A stretch of DNA of 64,000 bases, taken from the NCBI GenBank assembly GCA_963666365.2, contig CAXXNF010000002.1, forward strand, positions 1,728,001-1,792,000, given 5' to 3'. The translations under genes and the position numbers were made by a program. This DNA comes from Syntrophales bacterium. GTDB lineage: Bacteria; Desulfobacterota; Syntrophia; Syntrophales; UBA2210. This document shows, piece after piece, positions 40,693 through 50,173 of the stretch. The notes below the pieces were generated by a model that was given only the letters and a program-made list of their open reading frames with translations, searched no databases and had not been told where the DNA came from. How positions within the stretch are numbered: position 1 is the stretch's first letter; each line of letters opens with the position of its first letter.

Positions 40693-41550
40693 TTACTTAT
40701 CGGAAAAGGGTTTTTCCTTCCACCAGGGATAGAAATCGGGCATATCGACGCTCGGCTTCATCGCGAAACGGGGGGGACGTTTTTCCATGAAAGAGTTGAC
40801 CCCTTCCTTCACATCCTCGCCCCCGAGCATGTAGCCAAAACCTTTGGATTCCAGAATGTGCGTGTTCATGGGCTCTACCTCTCCCAACATCTTCCAGAGC
40901 AGCTGCCGTGCCAGGGCAGTAGAGACGGCCGAGGTAGTGTCGGCAATTTCGTGAGCGATTTTAAGCGCCGAGGGCATCAGTTCTTCAGGAGACACCACCT
41001 GACTGAAAAGACCCATCTTCAGTCCTTCTTCGGCATCAAAAAAACGTCCCGTCAGAATAAGCTCGGCTGCCTTGCTTATTCCGATGATGCGGGGAAGAAA
41101 GTACGTACAGCATCCTTCCGGCACCACCCCCCGGCGGTTAAAAACAAAACCGATCTTCTTTGCTGCCTCGGAAGCGATGCGAATATCCATGGTCATGGTC
41201 ATGGTGATGCCGACACCGACAGCGTTCCCGTTGATCGCGCCGATAACCGGCTTTTTCATGTTGTACATGCGCAGCGTTACTTGCCCCGCTGAATCCCTAA
41301 AGGCCGGTTGCCCCTGAAGATCGTCGGGGCCCCTGAACCCCCCGGCGCTGAGATCCGCTCCAGCGCAATAGGCGCGGCCGGCCCCCGTGAAAATCAGCAC
41401 TCTCACGTCGTCGTCCTCATCGGCCCTGTCAAGCGCATCAAGCACTTCGTTCATCATAACGGGCGTCCAGGCATTGAGCGCCTCGGGCCTGTTCAACGTA
41501 ATTATGGCGACACGATCCTCCGCCTCGTAGACAATCTGTTCATACCCCAT
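40693..41550 (-). CDS. Enoyl-CoA hydratase/isomerase (crotonase) family
   Basis: TLNRPEALNA, YCAGADL, AINGNAVGVG, GVVPEG, EGVNSFMEKR. Confidence 0.92.
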   Translation of the reverse strand: MGYEQIVYEAEDRVAIITLNRPEALNAWTPVMMNEVLDALDRADEDDDVRVLIFTGAGRAYCAGADLSAGGFRGPDDLQGQPAFRDSAGQVTLRMYNMKKPVIGAINGNAVGVGITMTMTMDIRIASEAAKKIGFVFNRRGVVPEGCCTYFLPRIIGISKAAELILTGRFFDAEEGLKMGLFSQVVSPEELMPSALKIAHEIADTTSAVSTALARQLLWKMLGEVEPMNTHILESKGFGYMLGGEDVKEGVNSFMEKRPPRFAMKPSVDMPDFYPWWKEKPFSDK

Positions 41551-41871
41551 CGCAGCAAACCTCCCCAAGTCTATACTTGTGGACTCCTAGCAGGTTTTAT
41601 ACAAAATCGCAACATCTCAGGTCGTTCTTTTTCTGCGCCCCTCTTTCAGCCGACGCATCGGACCCGTCGAAGCATGCCATGGCTTGTCCGGTAATGGGCG
41701 TAGAAAGGATATGTCTTCAAAGTACCGTGAAACTTCTTTGCCTTCTCTCCCCACTGATCGTTCTGCTGATTCGGGGAGATTCATATTAATCGCTTCATTG
41801 AACGAAAAAAGTATGATATCTGCTGATTTTAATTTTTGGCTGATTATTAAAAACCTGCACAAGGAGTACCA

Positions 41872-42429
41872 ATGAAAAAGGATACTGTAATTCTGTTTAG
41901 CGGCGGCATAAAAGGGGCTGAGGCCGAATTCGGGGAACAGGCGGAGCGATTCGGCATCGAAGAAGTCAATTTCACCTTTGAGGGGCACACGGTCATACGC
42001 CCCAGAGGGCGGCGCATTCTCAGCGAAGAAGAACTGAGGCGCGGCGATGTGAGCCTCACCTATGTGTCGAAATTGATGAACCGTCGTTATACGGAAAGTC
42101 CGGCATTCAGACGCATTCTTCAGAGCATATGGCATCAGATAGACAGTGGACGGCAGATTTTCGTGATCGGAGAGATTCTTGAGGACAAAACCGTCCGCGG
42201 GGGAACGGGATGGGGCGCCGAGTTGGCAAAACTGTTCAACAAAACCCTCTACGTGTTCGACCAGAAGCAGGATGTCTGGTTTGTGTGGAACCAGTCGGAC
42301 TGGATTGACTGTGAAGAGGGAAATCGACCCTTAGTGACAGCCGATCGGTTTACCGGGATGGGGACGCGATTTCTGCAGTCTAACGGGAAAAAAGCCGTGG
42401 CGGAACTGTTCGAACGATCATTTGCCTGA
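41872..42429 (+). CDS. Conserved hypothetical protein, SLOG-like
   Basis: LFSGGIKGAE and GGTGWG glycine motifs; RBS AAGGAG. Confidence 0.7.
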   Translation: MKKDTVILFSGGIKGAEAEFGEQAERFGIEEVNFTFEGHTVIRPRGRRILSEEELRRGDVSLTYVSKLMNRRYTESPAFRRILQSIWHQIDSGRQIFVIGEILEDKTVRGGTGWGAELAKLFNKTLYVFDQKQDVWFVWNQSDWIDCEEGNRPLVTADRFTGMGTRFLQSNGKKAVAELFERSFA

Positions 42430-42636
42430 TCAAGAAAAACAGAGTAGATCCGACTGCGGGTCTAGGGAGTATTGAGGAACGCGTTGATTCCCACCCCTGC
42501 AAGATTTTTATTTAAGTTTCCGGCTGAACTTACCGATAACATAAAAAAAATAAATATGCCGATGCGCTGGGGCACAGTGGCGGTCTTGCGGCGGCCATTG
42601 AAGAGTGCAACTGTTTTCAAAGGGGGTACAGGCGCG

Positions 42637-43845
42637 GTGAATCAGAGCATTATCGCAGAAGGGATAGGAGTTACAGAGAAACCGAAGAAAAGAACGGCTG
42701 AAGTCTCCGCACTCGTTGCCGACTATCAACGAATCAAGGAAGAGTTGCATACCCTAAGAAAGGAACACGAACAAAACAGACAGGCTCTGGAACGGGAAAT
42801 TGAACGATCCAGTGCAATGGCCGTGGAGGCTCAAATTATCAACATAGAATTGAACCAGATTATCAATACGTCTCCCGATGGAATATTGCTGATCGATGAA
42901 GATTTTACGATACGAAGAATCAACAGAACCCTGCTTGATTTTTTGCACACAACGGAGGAAGAGGCGATAGGAGTGAAGTGTTTCGATCTTCTCCCCAGTT
43001 CCTGGTGCCGCACTGAGAAATGCCCCATAACAAAAATTGTAAACGGCGAGGATCAAGTTGTCGAATGTGATGTGGTTAAGAGGAAGGGCGACGGAACGGA
43101 AATTCCCTTTATCTATACCGCTACCCCCTTTCGAGGGATTGATGGAGAACTGATGGGCATCATGGCAAACCTCAAGGACATCACGGAACGAAAACATGCC
43201 GAAGTAACTCTTCGAAAAGCAAATGAAACCTTGGCCCGTCTTGCCACCATCGATGGATTGACACAGGTGGCAAACCGTCGCTTCTTCGATCAGACTATAT
43301 CTCGTGAATGGAATCGCCTCAAGAGGACGGATCAGCCGCTTTCCCTGATTTTGAGCGACGTGGATTTTTTCAAGCACTACAATGATACCTATGGTCATCA
43401 GGCAGGGGATGATTGTCTCCGTGCAGTTGCAGGGGCCCTCGACGCCCATGTGCGCCGCGGCGGCGATTTTGTGGCACGGTACGGGGGGGAGGAATTCGCC
43501 GTTGTTTTGCCGGGGACATATCCCGAAGGCGCCCTGTGTGTCGCCGAGTTTCTTCGTGCGGCCATCGAAGGACTGGCAATGGAACATAAAAATTCATCGG
43601 TAAGTTCGGTGGTAACCATCAGTCTTGGTGTTGCAACCGCCTTTCCTTCACATGAGCTTACAGAAGAGGTCCTCATCGAAAGTGCAGACAAGGCGTTATA
43701 TGAGGCAAAGGCCTCGGGACGCAATTGTGCGGCCTTCAGGCACATTAATCCTTCCTGCGTCCTACCCGCGTTAAATCATAGCAGCAAGTCTCTCAACGGC
43801 CGCCCCGACGGGCTGCAGGGAAAGCCGCATTCTATTCCCGGGTAG
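42637..43845 (+). CDS. PAS-GGDEF diguanylate cyclase
   Basis: PAS/PAC, DGLTQVANRR, YGGEEF, RxxD I-site (RGGD); start uncertain. Confidence 0.92.
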   Translation: MNQSIIAEGIGVTEKPKKRTAEVSALVADYQRIKEELHTLRKEHEQNRQALEREIERSSAMAVEAQIINIELNQIINTSPDGILLIDEDFTIRRINRTLLDFLHTTEEEAIGVKCFDLLPSSWCRTEKCPITKIVNGEDQVVECDVVKRKGDGTEIPFIYTATPFRGIDGELMGIMANLKDITERKHAEVTLRKANETLARLATIDGLTQVANRRFFDQTISREWNRLKRTDQPLSLILSDVDFFKHYNDTYGHQAGDDCLRAVAGALDAHVRRGGDFVARYGGEEFAVVLPGTYPEGALCVAEFLRAAIEGLAMEHKNSSVSSVVTISLGVATAFPSHELTEEVLIESADKALYEAKASGRNCAAFRHINPSCVLPALNHSSKSLNGRPDGLQGKPHSIPG

Positions 43846-44004
43846 CGAGAGTCCTCCGGCGCACCAGACAGTATGAGAGGCACTTCCAGAAGTGACCTCT
43901 CCGGGAACCCACCCCACTCATTCAATTTATTTTATAGACGATATGCAAGATAGTGGTATCAGTTCCCTGCTTTTGCTACAATAGGCAAACGATAAGGAGG
44001 GCAT

Positions 44005-45516
44005 ATGAGTGGATTCGCCGAATATGATGTATATGACGCGTTGGGTCTGGCCGAACTTGTTCGAAAGGGAGAGGTAAGTGCAACCGAACTCTGTGAGGAA
44101 GCAATTGAAAGAATCGAACGAATCAATCCGGCATTGAATGCAGTGGTCACAAAGATGTATGAAGAAGGACGAAATTCGGCACGAGAAGCCCCGCCGAAGG
44201 GGCCCTTTGCAGGAGTTCCCTTTCTTCTTAAAGATCTGATGTTCGCCTATGCGGGGGTTCGCATGTCCGACGGGTCAAAGGCTCGGCACAGATATATCCC
44301 TGACCATGACAGTGAAATGGTGGTACGTTTCAAAAGGGCGGGTCTTGTCATCCTCGGAAAGACAAATACCCCTGAATTCGGTCTGATGGGAATCACCGAA
44401 CCGGAGCTCTTCGGTCCCTGCCGCAACCCATGGAACACCGGGCATACACCGGGGGGTTCAAGCGGCGGTTCTGCCGCTGCCGTGGCCGGAGGCATGGTAC
44501 CGATGGCCGCCGGTGGAGATGGAGGGGGATCTATCAGGATTCCTTCCGCCTATTGCGGGCTGTTCGGTTTAAAGCCTTCGCGGGGACGCAATCCCTCAGG
44601 TCCTGATCACGGCAGGGTGTGGCAAGGGGCGGTTCAAGAGCATGTGATAAGCCGATCGGTTCGTGACAGTGCGGCAATGCTCGATGCCACACAGGGGGCC
44701 GATTGCGGCGCCCCCTATGAAATCAGGCCCCCAGAAAGGCCTTATACTGAAGAAGTGGAAAGAGATCCTGAACATCTGACTATTGCCTTTACCACCAGGT
44801 CGCCTCTCGGTACGCCCGTCCATGTCGACTGTGTGCGGGCCGTGGAGGATACGGCCCTGCTCCTTGAAGATCTTGGGCACGGGGTCGAAGAAGCCGCACC
44901 CAATATCGATGGCGCCGCCCTGGCCCGCAGTTATCTTGCCATGTACTTTGGCGAGGTGGCTGCCGATATCGATGAATTGGAAACAGTCCTGGGCAGGAGG
45001 GCTCGCCCTTCCGATGTGGAACCCCTCACCTGGACACTTGGCCTGCTGGGAAGGGCATGCGGTGAAGATTACCTGGTCAAAGGCCTGCGCGTCTGGGATC
45101 ATGCCGCCCGAGCCATGGGATTATTTTTTAGAAATTACGATTTGTATCTCACTCCCACCACGGCCTATCCGCCGGCGCGTATAGGAGAGCTGCAGCCCAA
45201 GCCGGTGGAAGCACTGCTTATAAAGTGCATAAATACGCTGCGTCTGGGACGGCTTTTGAAAGCATCCGGCATGGTGGATCAAATGGCTGAAAAAAGTCTT
45301 GAGCGGACGCCCTTTACCCAGTTGGCAAATCTCACGGGGCTTCCGGCTATGTCGGTTCCTCTCTACTGGACCGCCGAGGGCCTTCCTCTCGGGGTCCAGT
45401 TTATCGCCGCCTTTGGAGGCGAAGATCGTCTCTTCCGTCTGGCGGGACAATTAGAGCGGTCACGCCCCTGGTTCGACAAAAGGCCATCACCACAGGGCCG
45501 GCAGCAGGAGGGATAA
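44005..45516 (+). CDS. Amidase signature family enzyme
   Basis: LLKD, GGSSGGSAAAVA, GGGSIRIPS. Confidence 0.93.
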   Translation: MSGFAEYDVYDALGLAELVRKGEVSATELCEEAIERIERINPALNAVVTKMYEEGRNSAREAPPKGPFAGVPFLLKDLMFAYAGVRMSDGSKARHRYIPDHDSEMVVRFKRAGLVILGKTNTPEFGLMGITEPELFGPCRNPWNTGHTPGGSSGGSAAAVAGGMVPMAAGGDGGGSIRIPSAYCGLFGLKPSRGRNPSGPDHGRVWQGAVQEHVISRSVRDSAAMLDATQGADCGAPYEIRPPERPYTEEVERDPEHLTIAFTTRSPLGTPVHVDCVRAVEDTALLLEDLGHGVEEAAPNIDGAALARSYLAMYFGEVAADIDELETVLGRRARPSDVEPLTWTLGLLGRACGEDYLVKGLRVWDHAARAMGLFFRNYDLYLTPTTAYPPARIGELQPKPVEALLIKCINTLRLGRLLKASGMVDQMAEKSLERTPFTQLANLTGLPAMSVPLYWTAEGLPLGVQFIAAFGGEDRLFRLAGQLERSRPWFDKRPSPQGRQQEG

Positions 45517-46565
45517 TGAATATCGTGAATGAGTTGGGCGCTACCAGAGCTATGAGATTTTTTGTAATGGCCGCGGCCTTTGTGATTATAATCGCCGGGC
45601 TGCGATCCGCCCAGGCAATCGTAATCCCTTTCCTGCTCTCACTCTTTATCGCCATCATCTGCAGTCCATCGCTCTTCTGGTTGCGCGGAAAAAAAATCCC
45701 CCCGGGTATATCGCTCATCATTGTGATTGTCGGCGTGCTTGCGGCGGGCCTTCTCGTCATTGCAATCATCGGAAGTTCCATTAATGATTTTTCCCAGTCC
45801 CTTCCGGTCTATCAGGAACGACTGGAAGAGAAAACTGCGGATCTGTTCACGTTTCTGGGGCGATTCGGCGTCAATCTGGAGTACCACAGGCTCTTGGAAT
45901 ATGTGGATCCGGGGGCTGCCATGCGGCTGGCATCGAAGATGCTGACGGGCCTGGGAAACGTCCTGAGTAACGCTGTACTGATTGTGCTGACTGTGATTTT
46001 TATGCTCCTTGAAGTGACCGCATTTCCTGTAAAGCTGCATGCGGCCTTCGGTTCATCCACGATTTCCATGAGCGCCTTCATGACTGACATCAATCGCTAT
46101 ATGGTGATTAAAAGCTGGGCGAGTCTTGCGACAGGACTGCTGGTGGCGCTCTGCATGGCCCTTTTGGGAGTGGATTATGCGATTCTCTGGGGCATCCTTG
46201 CCTTTCTGTTTAATTATGTTCCCAATATCGGGTCCATTATCGCGGCAGTGCCGGCCGTACTGCTTGCCCTGATTCAACATGGGGGGATGATCGCCCTTCT
46301 GGCGGCGGCAGCCTTTGTGGTGATTAATCTCTTGATCGGCACCTTCATCGAACCCCGTTTCATGGGGCGTGGGCTCGGTCTCTCCACTCTTGTGGTATTC
46401 CTTTCTCTGGTTTTCTGGGGGTGGATTCTGGGACCGGTGGGAATGCTGCTTTCCGTACCTCTTACCATGGCGGCGAAAATTGCCCTGTCGCATTCCGAAG
46501 ACACGCAATGGTTAAGTATTCTTCTGGGAAATGCCCTGCCGGAGGAGGCTGCTGAAAAGGAGTAA
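45516..46565 (+). CDS. AI-2E family transporter
   Basis: NYVPNIGS, EPRFMG, WGWILGPVGMLLSVPLT. Confidence 0.9.
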   Translation: MNIVNELGATRAMRFFVMAAAFVIIIAGLRSAQAIVIPFLLSLFIAIICSPSLFWLRGKKIPPGISLIIVIVGVLAAGLLVIAIIGSSINDFSQSLPVYQERLEEKTADLFTFLGRFGVNLEYHRLLEYVDPGAAMRLASKMLTGLGNVLSNAVLIVLTVIFMLLEVTAFPVKLHAAFGSSTISMSAFMTDINRYMVIKSWASLATGLLVALCMALLGVDYAILWGILAFLFNYVPNIGSIIAAVPAVLLALIQHGGMIALLAAAAFVVINLLIGTFIEPRFMGRGLGLSTLVVFLSLVFWGWILGPVGMLLSVPLTMAAKIALSHSEDTQWLSILLGNALPEEAAEKE

Positions 46566-46601
46566 TTTCCTTTTTGAGTTCGGATTTTTATAGGAGATGC
46601 C

Positions 46602-47375
46602 ATGAGCTTCAATGTGCCGGTCAAAAAAAACGAGAAACTGAAAACACTTATCAATCATATCAATGGTGATGCGGAACTGCTCCAGCTGTGGAAATGCGCC
46701 AACATCAATGCCGTGGACAGGAGCGGCATCAGCGATCACGGAGAAATCCACATCCGTATCGTGGCAAATGCCGCGCTCAGAATAATGCGCCTCCTCGTAC
46801 AGGGAGGGGTGACCCCGAGCGTAGTGACGAATTACGGAATGGATGTGGAAGATGGGGAGGTCGTTGTCGTCCTGGCCGCCTGCCTGCATGACATCGGAAT
46901 TTCCGTTCATCGACATGATCATGAACGGTACAGCCTTTTTCTCGCCTACCCGAAAGCCCGACAGCTGCTGGCCGGTATTTATGAAGAACCTGCCTTGACG
47001 ACGATTACATCGGAGGTGCTCCATGCCATTGTCTCGCATAATGCGCAGGAAACCTGCCTGACCATCGAATCCGGGGTACTCAAGGTGGCCGATGCACTGG
47101 ATATGTCCGAAGGAAGATCGCGGATCCCTTTCGAATCGGGCAATGTCAATATCCATTCCCTTTCGGCCAAGGCCGTGGCATCGGTAGATATCGAAAAAGG
47201 GGACACACGTCCCGTTAAATTAGTAATCAGTCTTGAAAATTCGGCGGGCATATTCCAGGTGGACGAACTGCTCCACCGCAAGCTGAAGAATTCTTCAATC
47301 AAAGATTACATGGAAATCCTCGCGAAAATCGAAGGGGAAACGGAGAGGAAACTGATAGAGATCTATAAAATTTAG
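46602..47375 (+). CDS. HD-domain phosphohydrolase
   Basis: DHGEIH, LHDIG, VADALD. Confidence 0.87.
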   Translation: MSFNVPVKKNEKLKTLINHINGDAELLQLWKCANINAVDRSGISDHGEIHIRIVANAALRIMRLLVQGGVTPSVVTNYGMDVEDGEVVVVLAACLHDIGISVHRHDHERYSLFLAYPKARQLLAGIYEEPALTTITSEVLHAIVSHNAQETCLTIESGVLKVADALDMSEGRSRIPFESGNVNIHSLSAKAVASVDIEKGDTRPVKLVISLENSAGIFQVDELLHRKLKNSSIKDYMEILAKIEGETERKLIEIYKI

Positions 47376-47971
47376 CGCTTTTTCATGAGTTTTCGGATGT
47401 TTGACCGGTGGGTGAAGATAATCAGGATGGAGGCGGCGAACCCGAAGTAGTAGAGCGGATCGGCCATAGGCCAATCAAATCCGTATCTGAGGGTGGAAAG
47501 AACGAGGGGAAAGGCAAGTGCCGCTGCAATAGAGCTGAGGGCGACGATGCGCCACAGGGCGAGCACGACGAGGAACAGGGCCAGGCAGATCAGGAGCGGA
47601 ACAGGATAGAGGACAACAAGCACGCCGGCGGCGGTTCCCACACCTTTGCCGCCACGGAACCCGGCGAATACCGTCCAGATGTGACCGATAATGGCGCTTA
47701 TGCCGGCCATGAGCCGGATCGTGTCGGAATCAATGGAACATACACCGAAGGCAAGCGGGGCGACCCAGAACGTGGCAACGATTCCTTTCACTACATCTGC
47801 GGCAGTGACCAGGACTCCCGGTTTCCATCCCAGAACCCGGAAGGTATTGGTACCGCCGGCATTGCCGCTCCCATAGTCCCTGATGTCGATGCCCCGGAGC
47901 AGCTTCCCGGCGATGATGCTGGAGGGAATAGATCCCAGCAGGTAGGAAAGCAGCATAACGATAAACAGCAT
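47372..47971 (-). CDS. plsY: Glycerol-3-phosphate acyltransferase PlsY
   Basis: YLLGSIP, GSGNAGGTN, GH...GGKGV, HRSNI. Confidence 0.93.
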   Translation of the reverse strand: MLFIVMLLSYLLGSIPSSIIAGKLLRGIDIRDYGSGNAGGTNTFRVLGWKPGVLVTAADVVKGIVATFWVAPLAFGVCSIDSDTIRLMAGISAIIGHIWTVFAGFRGGKGVGTAAGVLVVLYPVPLLICLALFLVVLALWRIVALSSIAAALAFPLVLSTLRYGFDWPMADPLYYFGFAASILIIFTHRSNIRKLMKKR

Positions 47972-48328
47972 ACTCACTGTATACTCCCCTCCCCGGTCAG
48001 TGCATGCCTCACTGGGCGATTGCCCTGCTGCCGATGCCTGAATGAAGGCCGACAGCGAGCGACTCAATGGTGATTATATCATCGTCCCTATGAAAAGGAG
48101 TCGCTAAAATCGACTCTTTCTTTTCCCTTTGCAACGGTAGGCACTTCGTCACGCGCGCCTACTATACACAGTGCACCCTTAAATGCAACCGTAAATACAA
48201 TCGGATGTCCGGCGCCGAAGCAGAGCAGGTTCAGAGAGCCTCCGCAGGCATGCCGGGGCACTTTTCCATTGACTCGCCGGATATATTTACATACAAAGGC
48301 AGCACACAGGCGTGCGTGAGCCTGCAGG

Positions 48329-48465
48329 AAGACCTTTGCATAACCTCATAAAATAATCAATTTCGTCATACCGGTAAAGGCCGGTATCCAGTTTTTTTCA
48401 CGCACTTTCTGGATTCCGGGTCAAGACCGGAATAATAGACAAGGGAATTATGCAAACCAGGTCTC
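48329..48465. mobile_element. Putative MITE/RPE-like element with nested palindromes
   Basis: Terminal inverted repeats GACCTTTGCATAA / TTATGCAAA-CC-AGGTC. Internal GTCATACCGG..CCGGTATCCAG and CTGGATTCCGG..CCGGAAT. Confidence 0.65.
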
Positions 48466-48526
48466 ACAGGGTAAAACGCGCATGCCAATCCATCCGTGGA
48501 TACTATAGTGGAAGGAAGAAAAGAAG

Positions 48527-49333
48527 ATGGGCTGGTGGGGCACATTGATCGGAGGGACGGTTGGATTTTTCTTCGGAGGTCCTCTTGGCGCACTGCTGGG
48601 CGCGGCGGTAGGGCACGGACTGGGGAAGACAACTTCAATCAGCACGAACGGTTATTTCGGATTCGAGGAACAGGAGCGGGTTCAGACTGCCTTTTTTACG
48701 ACTACCTTTTCCGTGATGGGCCATCTTGCAACGGTTGACGGAAAGGTGTCTGAGCAAGAAGTAGCAGCGGTACGGCGCATAATGGCTCATATGCGGCTCA
48801 GACCGGCGCAGCAGCAGGCTGCGGTCAACCTCTTTAACCAGGGAAAGCGTGCCGACTTCCCCCTTGACGAGGTACTGGAACAATTCAGAAAGGAGTGCCA
48901 TGGGCGGCGCGACATTGTTCGGATGTTTCTGGAGATTCTTGTAACGACTGCCATGGCCGACGGCGAGCTTACCGCATCGGAATATCGCATGCTTTCTCAC
49001 GTGTGCGACAGGGTGCGATTCCCCCGTGCTGACTTCGAACATATGGTCAGTGTAATGCAGACCGGACACTATGGCGGGGATACCGGGGAATTCACCGATG
49101 CGCCGCCCCGTGAAAAAGGGCGTCTCAAGGATGCCTACGGGATATTAGGACTTTCCGAAGGAGCACGGGATGAAGAGGTGAAGAAGGCCTATCGCAATCT
49201 TCTGAATCAATATCATCCGGACAAGCTGGTTTCGAAGGGCCTTCCGGAAGAGATGATGAAATTCGCCACGGAAAAAACCCAGCAGATCAAAGCGGCCTAC
49301 GATCTCATCCGTGAATCCCGGCAGGTGCACTGA
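48527..49333 (+). CDS. djlA: Co-chaperone DjlA (TM-TerB-J domain)
   Basis: GGPLGALLGAAVGH, DGKVS, YHPDKL...GLPEEMM. Confidence 0.92.
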   Translation: MGWWGTLIGGTVGFFFGGPLGALLGAAVGHGLGKTTSISTNGYFGFEEQERVQTAFFTTTFSVMGHLATVDGKVSEQEVAAVRRIMAHMRLRPAQQQAAVNLFNQGKRADFPLDEVLEQFRKECHGRRDIVRMFLEILVTTAMADGELTASEYRMLSHVCDRVRFPRADFEHMVSVMQTGHYGGDTGEFTDAPPREKGRLKDAYGILGLSEGARDEEVKKAYRNLLNQYHPDKLVSKGLPEEMMKFATEKTQQIKAAYDLIRESRQVH

Positions 49334-49378
49334 TCGGGATTACGGAGGCGATCCTTCCGCAGGAAACGCAGGCCGGCG

Positions 49379-50080
49379 CTAGAGGCTGTCTTTTATGAGC
49401 ATCGTCGCGGGGTCAAGACTCAGTTTGGTGTCTGATCCTTTTATCCGCGGTCCCTTCAATGCAATGATATGCACCTCCGCCCCCTGAGGCTTCAGTTCCA
49501 GTGCCACATCGAAAAGATCGAGCGCGGATACAAGCCGAACAGGAATGCCAGCGGACGTGGTGTCTTCTTCTCTGTGGGTGTGCACCGTGAACCACATCTG
49601 AAGGCGATATTTCACGGCCAGGGTTTTTAATTCCTGCAGCTGAGCGATTCCGGCCTCGTCGAAGACGAGACCGTCAATCATGATCGTGGAAGGATGAAAG
49701 ACATCCTGTTCCATCAAATCGGTGAGACGCTCTTCGAGCTTGGGCACACTGAACTTCGTCACCCTGAAGGTCATGATAAACCGGTAGGGCAGGATTGCTT
49801 CCCAGAGCTCCTGCCGTTCCGCCACGTTGCACTCTCCGGCGAGATTCTGAAATTGCTCGCGGTACCACAGGGTGACTTTTTCAATTGAATCGTTGAGGCT
49901 GATGTGGAGGACCTCTGTGCCGCGCAGCATACTGTTCAGTGCAAGCTGCACCACCAGGGCTGTTTTCCCCACGCCTGCCCGTGAAAGTACGCCCCCGAAC
50001 TCACCTTCCGCGATGATGTTGCCGGCCGGATTTTCCACAGAGCGGAGAGGATTTCTTGAAATCAAATCTTGTTTAAGCAT
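49379..50080 (-). CDS. RecA/KaiC-like P-loop ATPase
   Basis: Walker A SRAGVGKT, VLHISL, Walker B IMIDG. Confidence 0.75.
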   Translation of the reverse strand: MLKQDLISRNPLRSVENPAGNIIAEGEFGGVLSRAGVGKTALVVQLALNSMLRGTEVLHISLNDSIEKVTLWYREQFQNLAGECNVAERQELWEAILPYRFIMTFRVTKFSVPKLEERLTDLMEQDVFHPSTIMIDGLVFDEAGIAQLQELKTLAVKYRLQMWFTVHTHREEDTTSAGIPVRLVSALDLFDVALELKPQGAEVHIIALKGPRIKGSDTKLSLDPATMLIKDSL

Positions 50081-50173
50081 AAAAAGATTCCTGTTCTTGA
50101 GTTTGAAGACCTTGGCCTTCGTTGCTATTCTCGGCGCCGCCTGCATATGTCAATCGCCTGCATGTCTCTGTCG

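Noticed and set aside
43835..43907. Branched hairpin after the diguanylate cyclase as an ncRNA or riboswitch
   Set aside because: No recognisable family motifs; most simply a terminator or stabilising stem.
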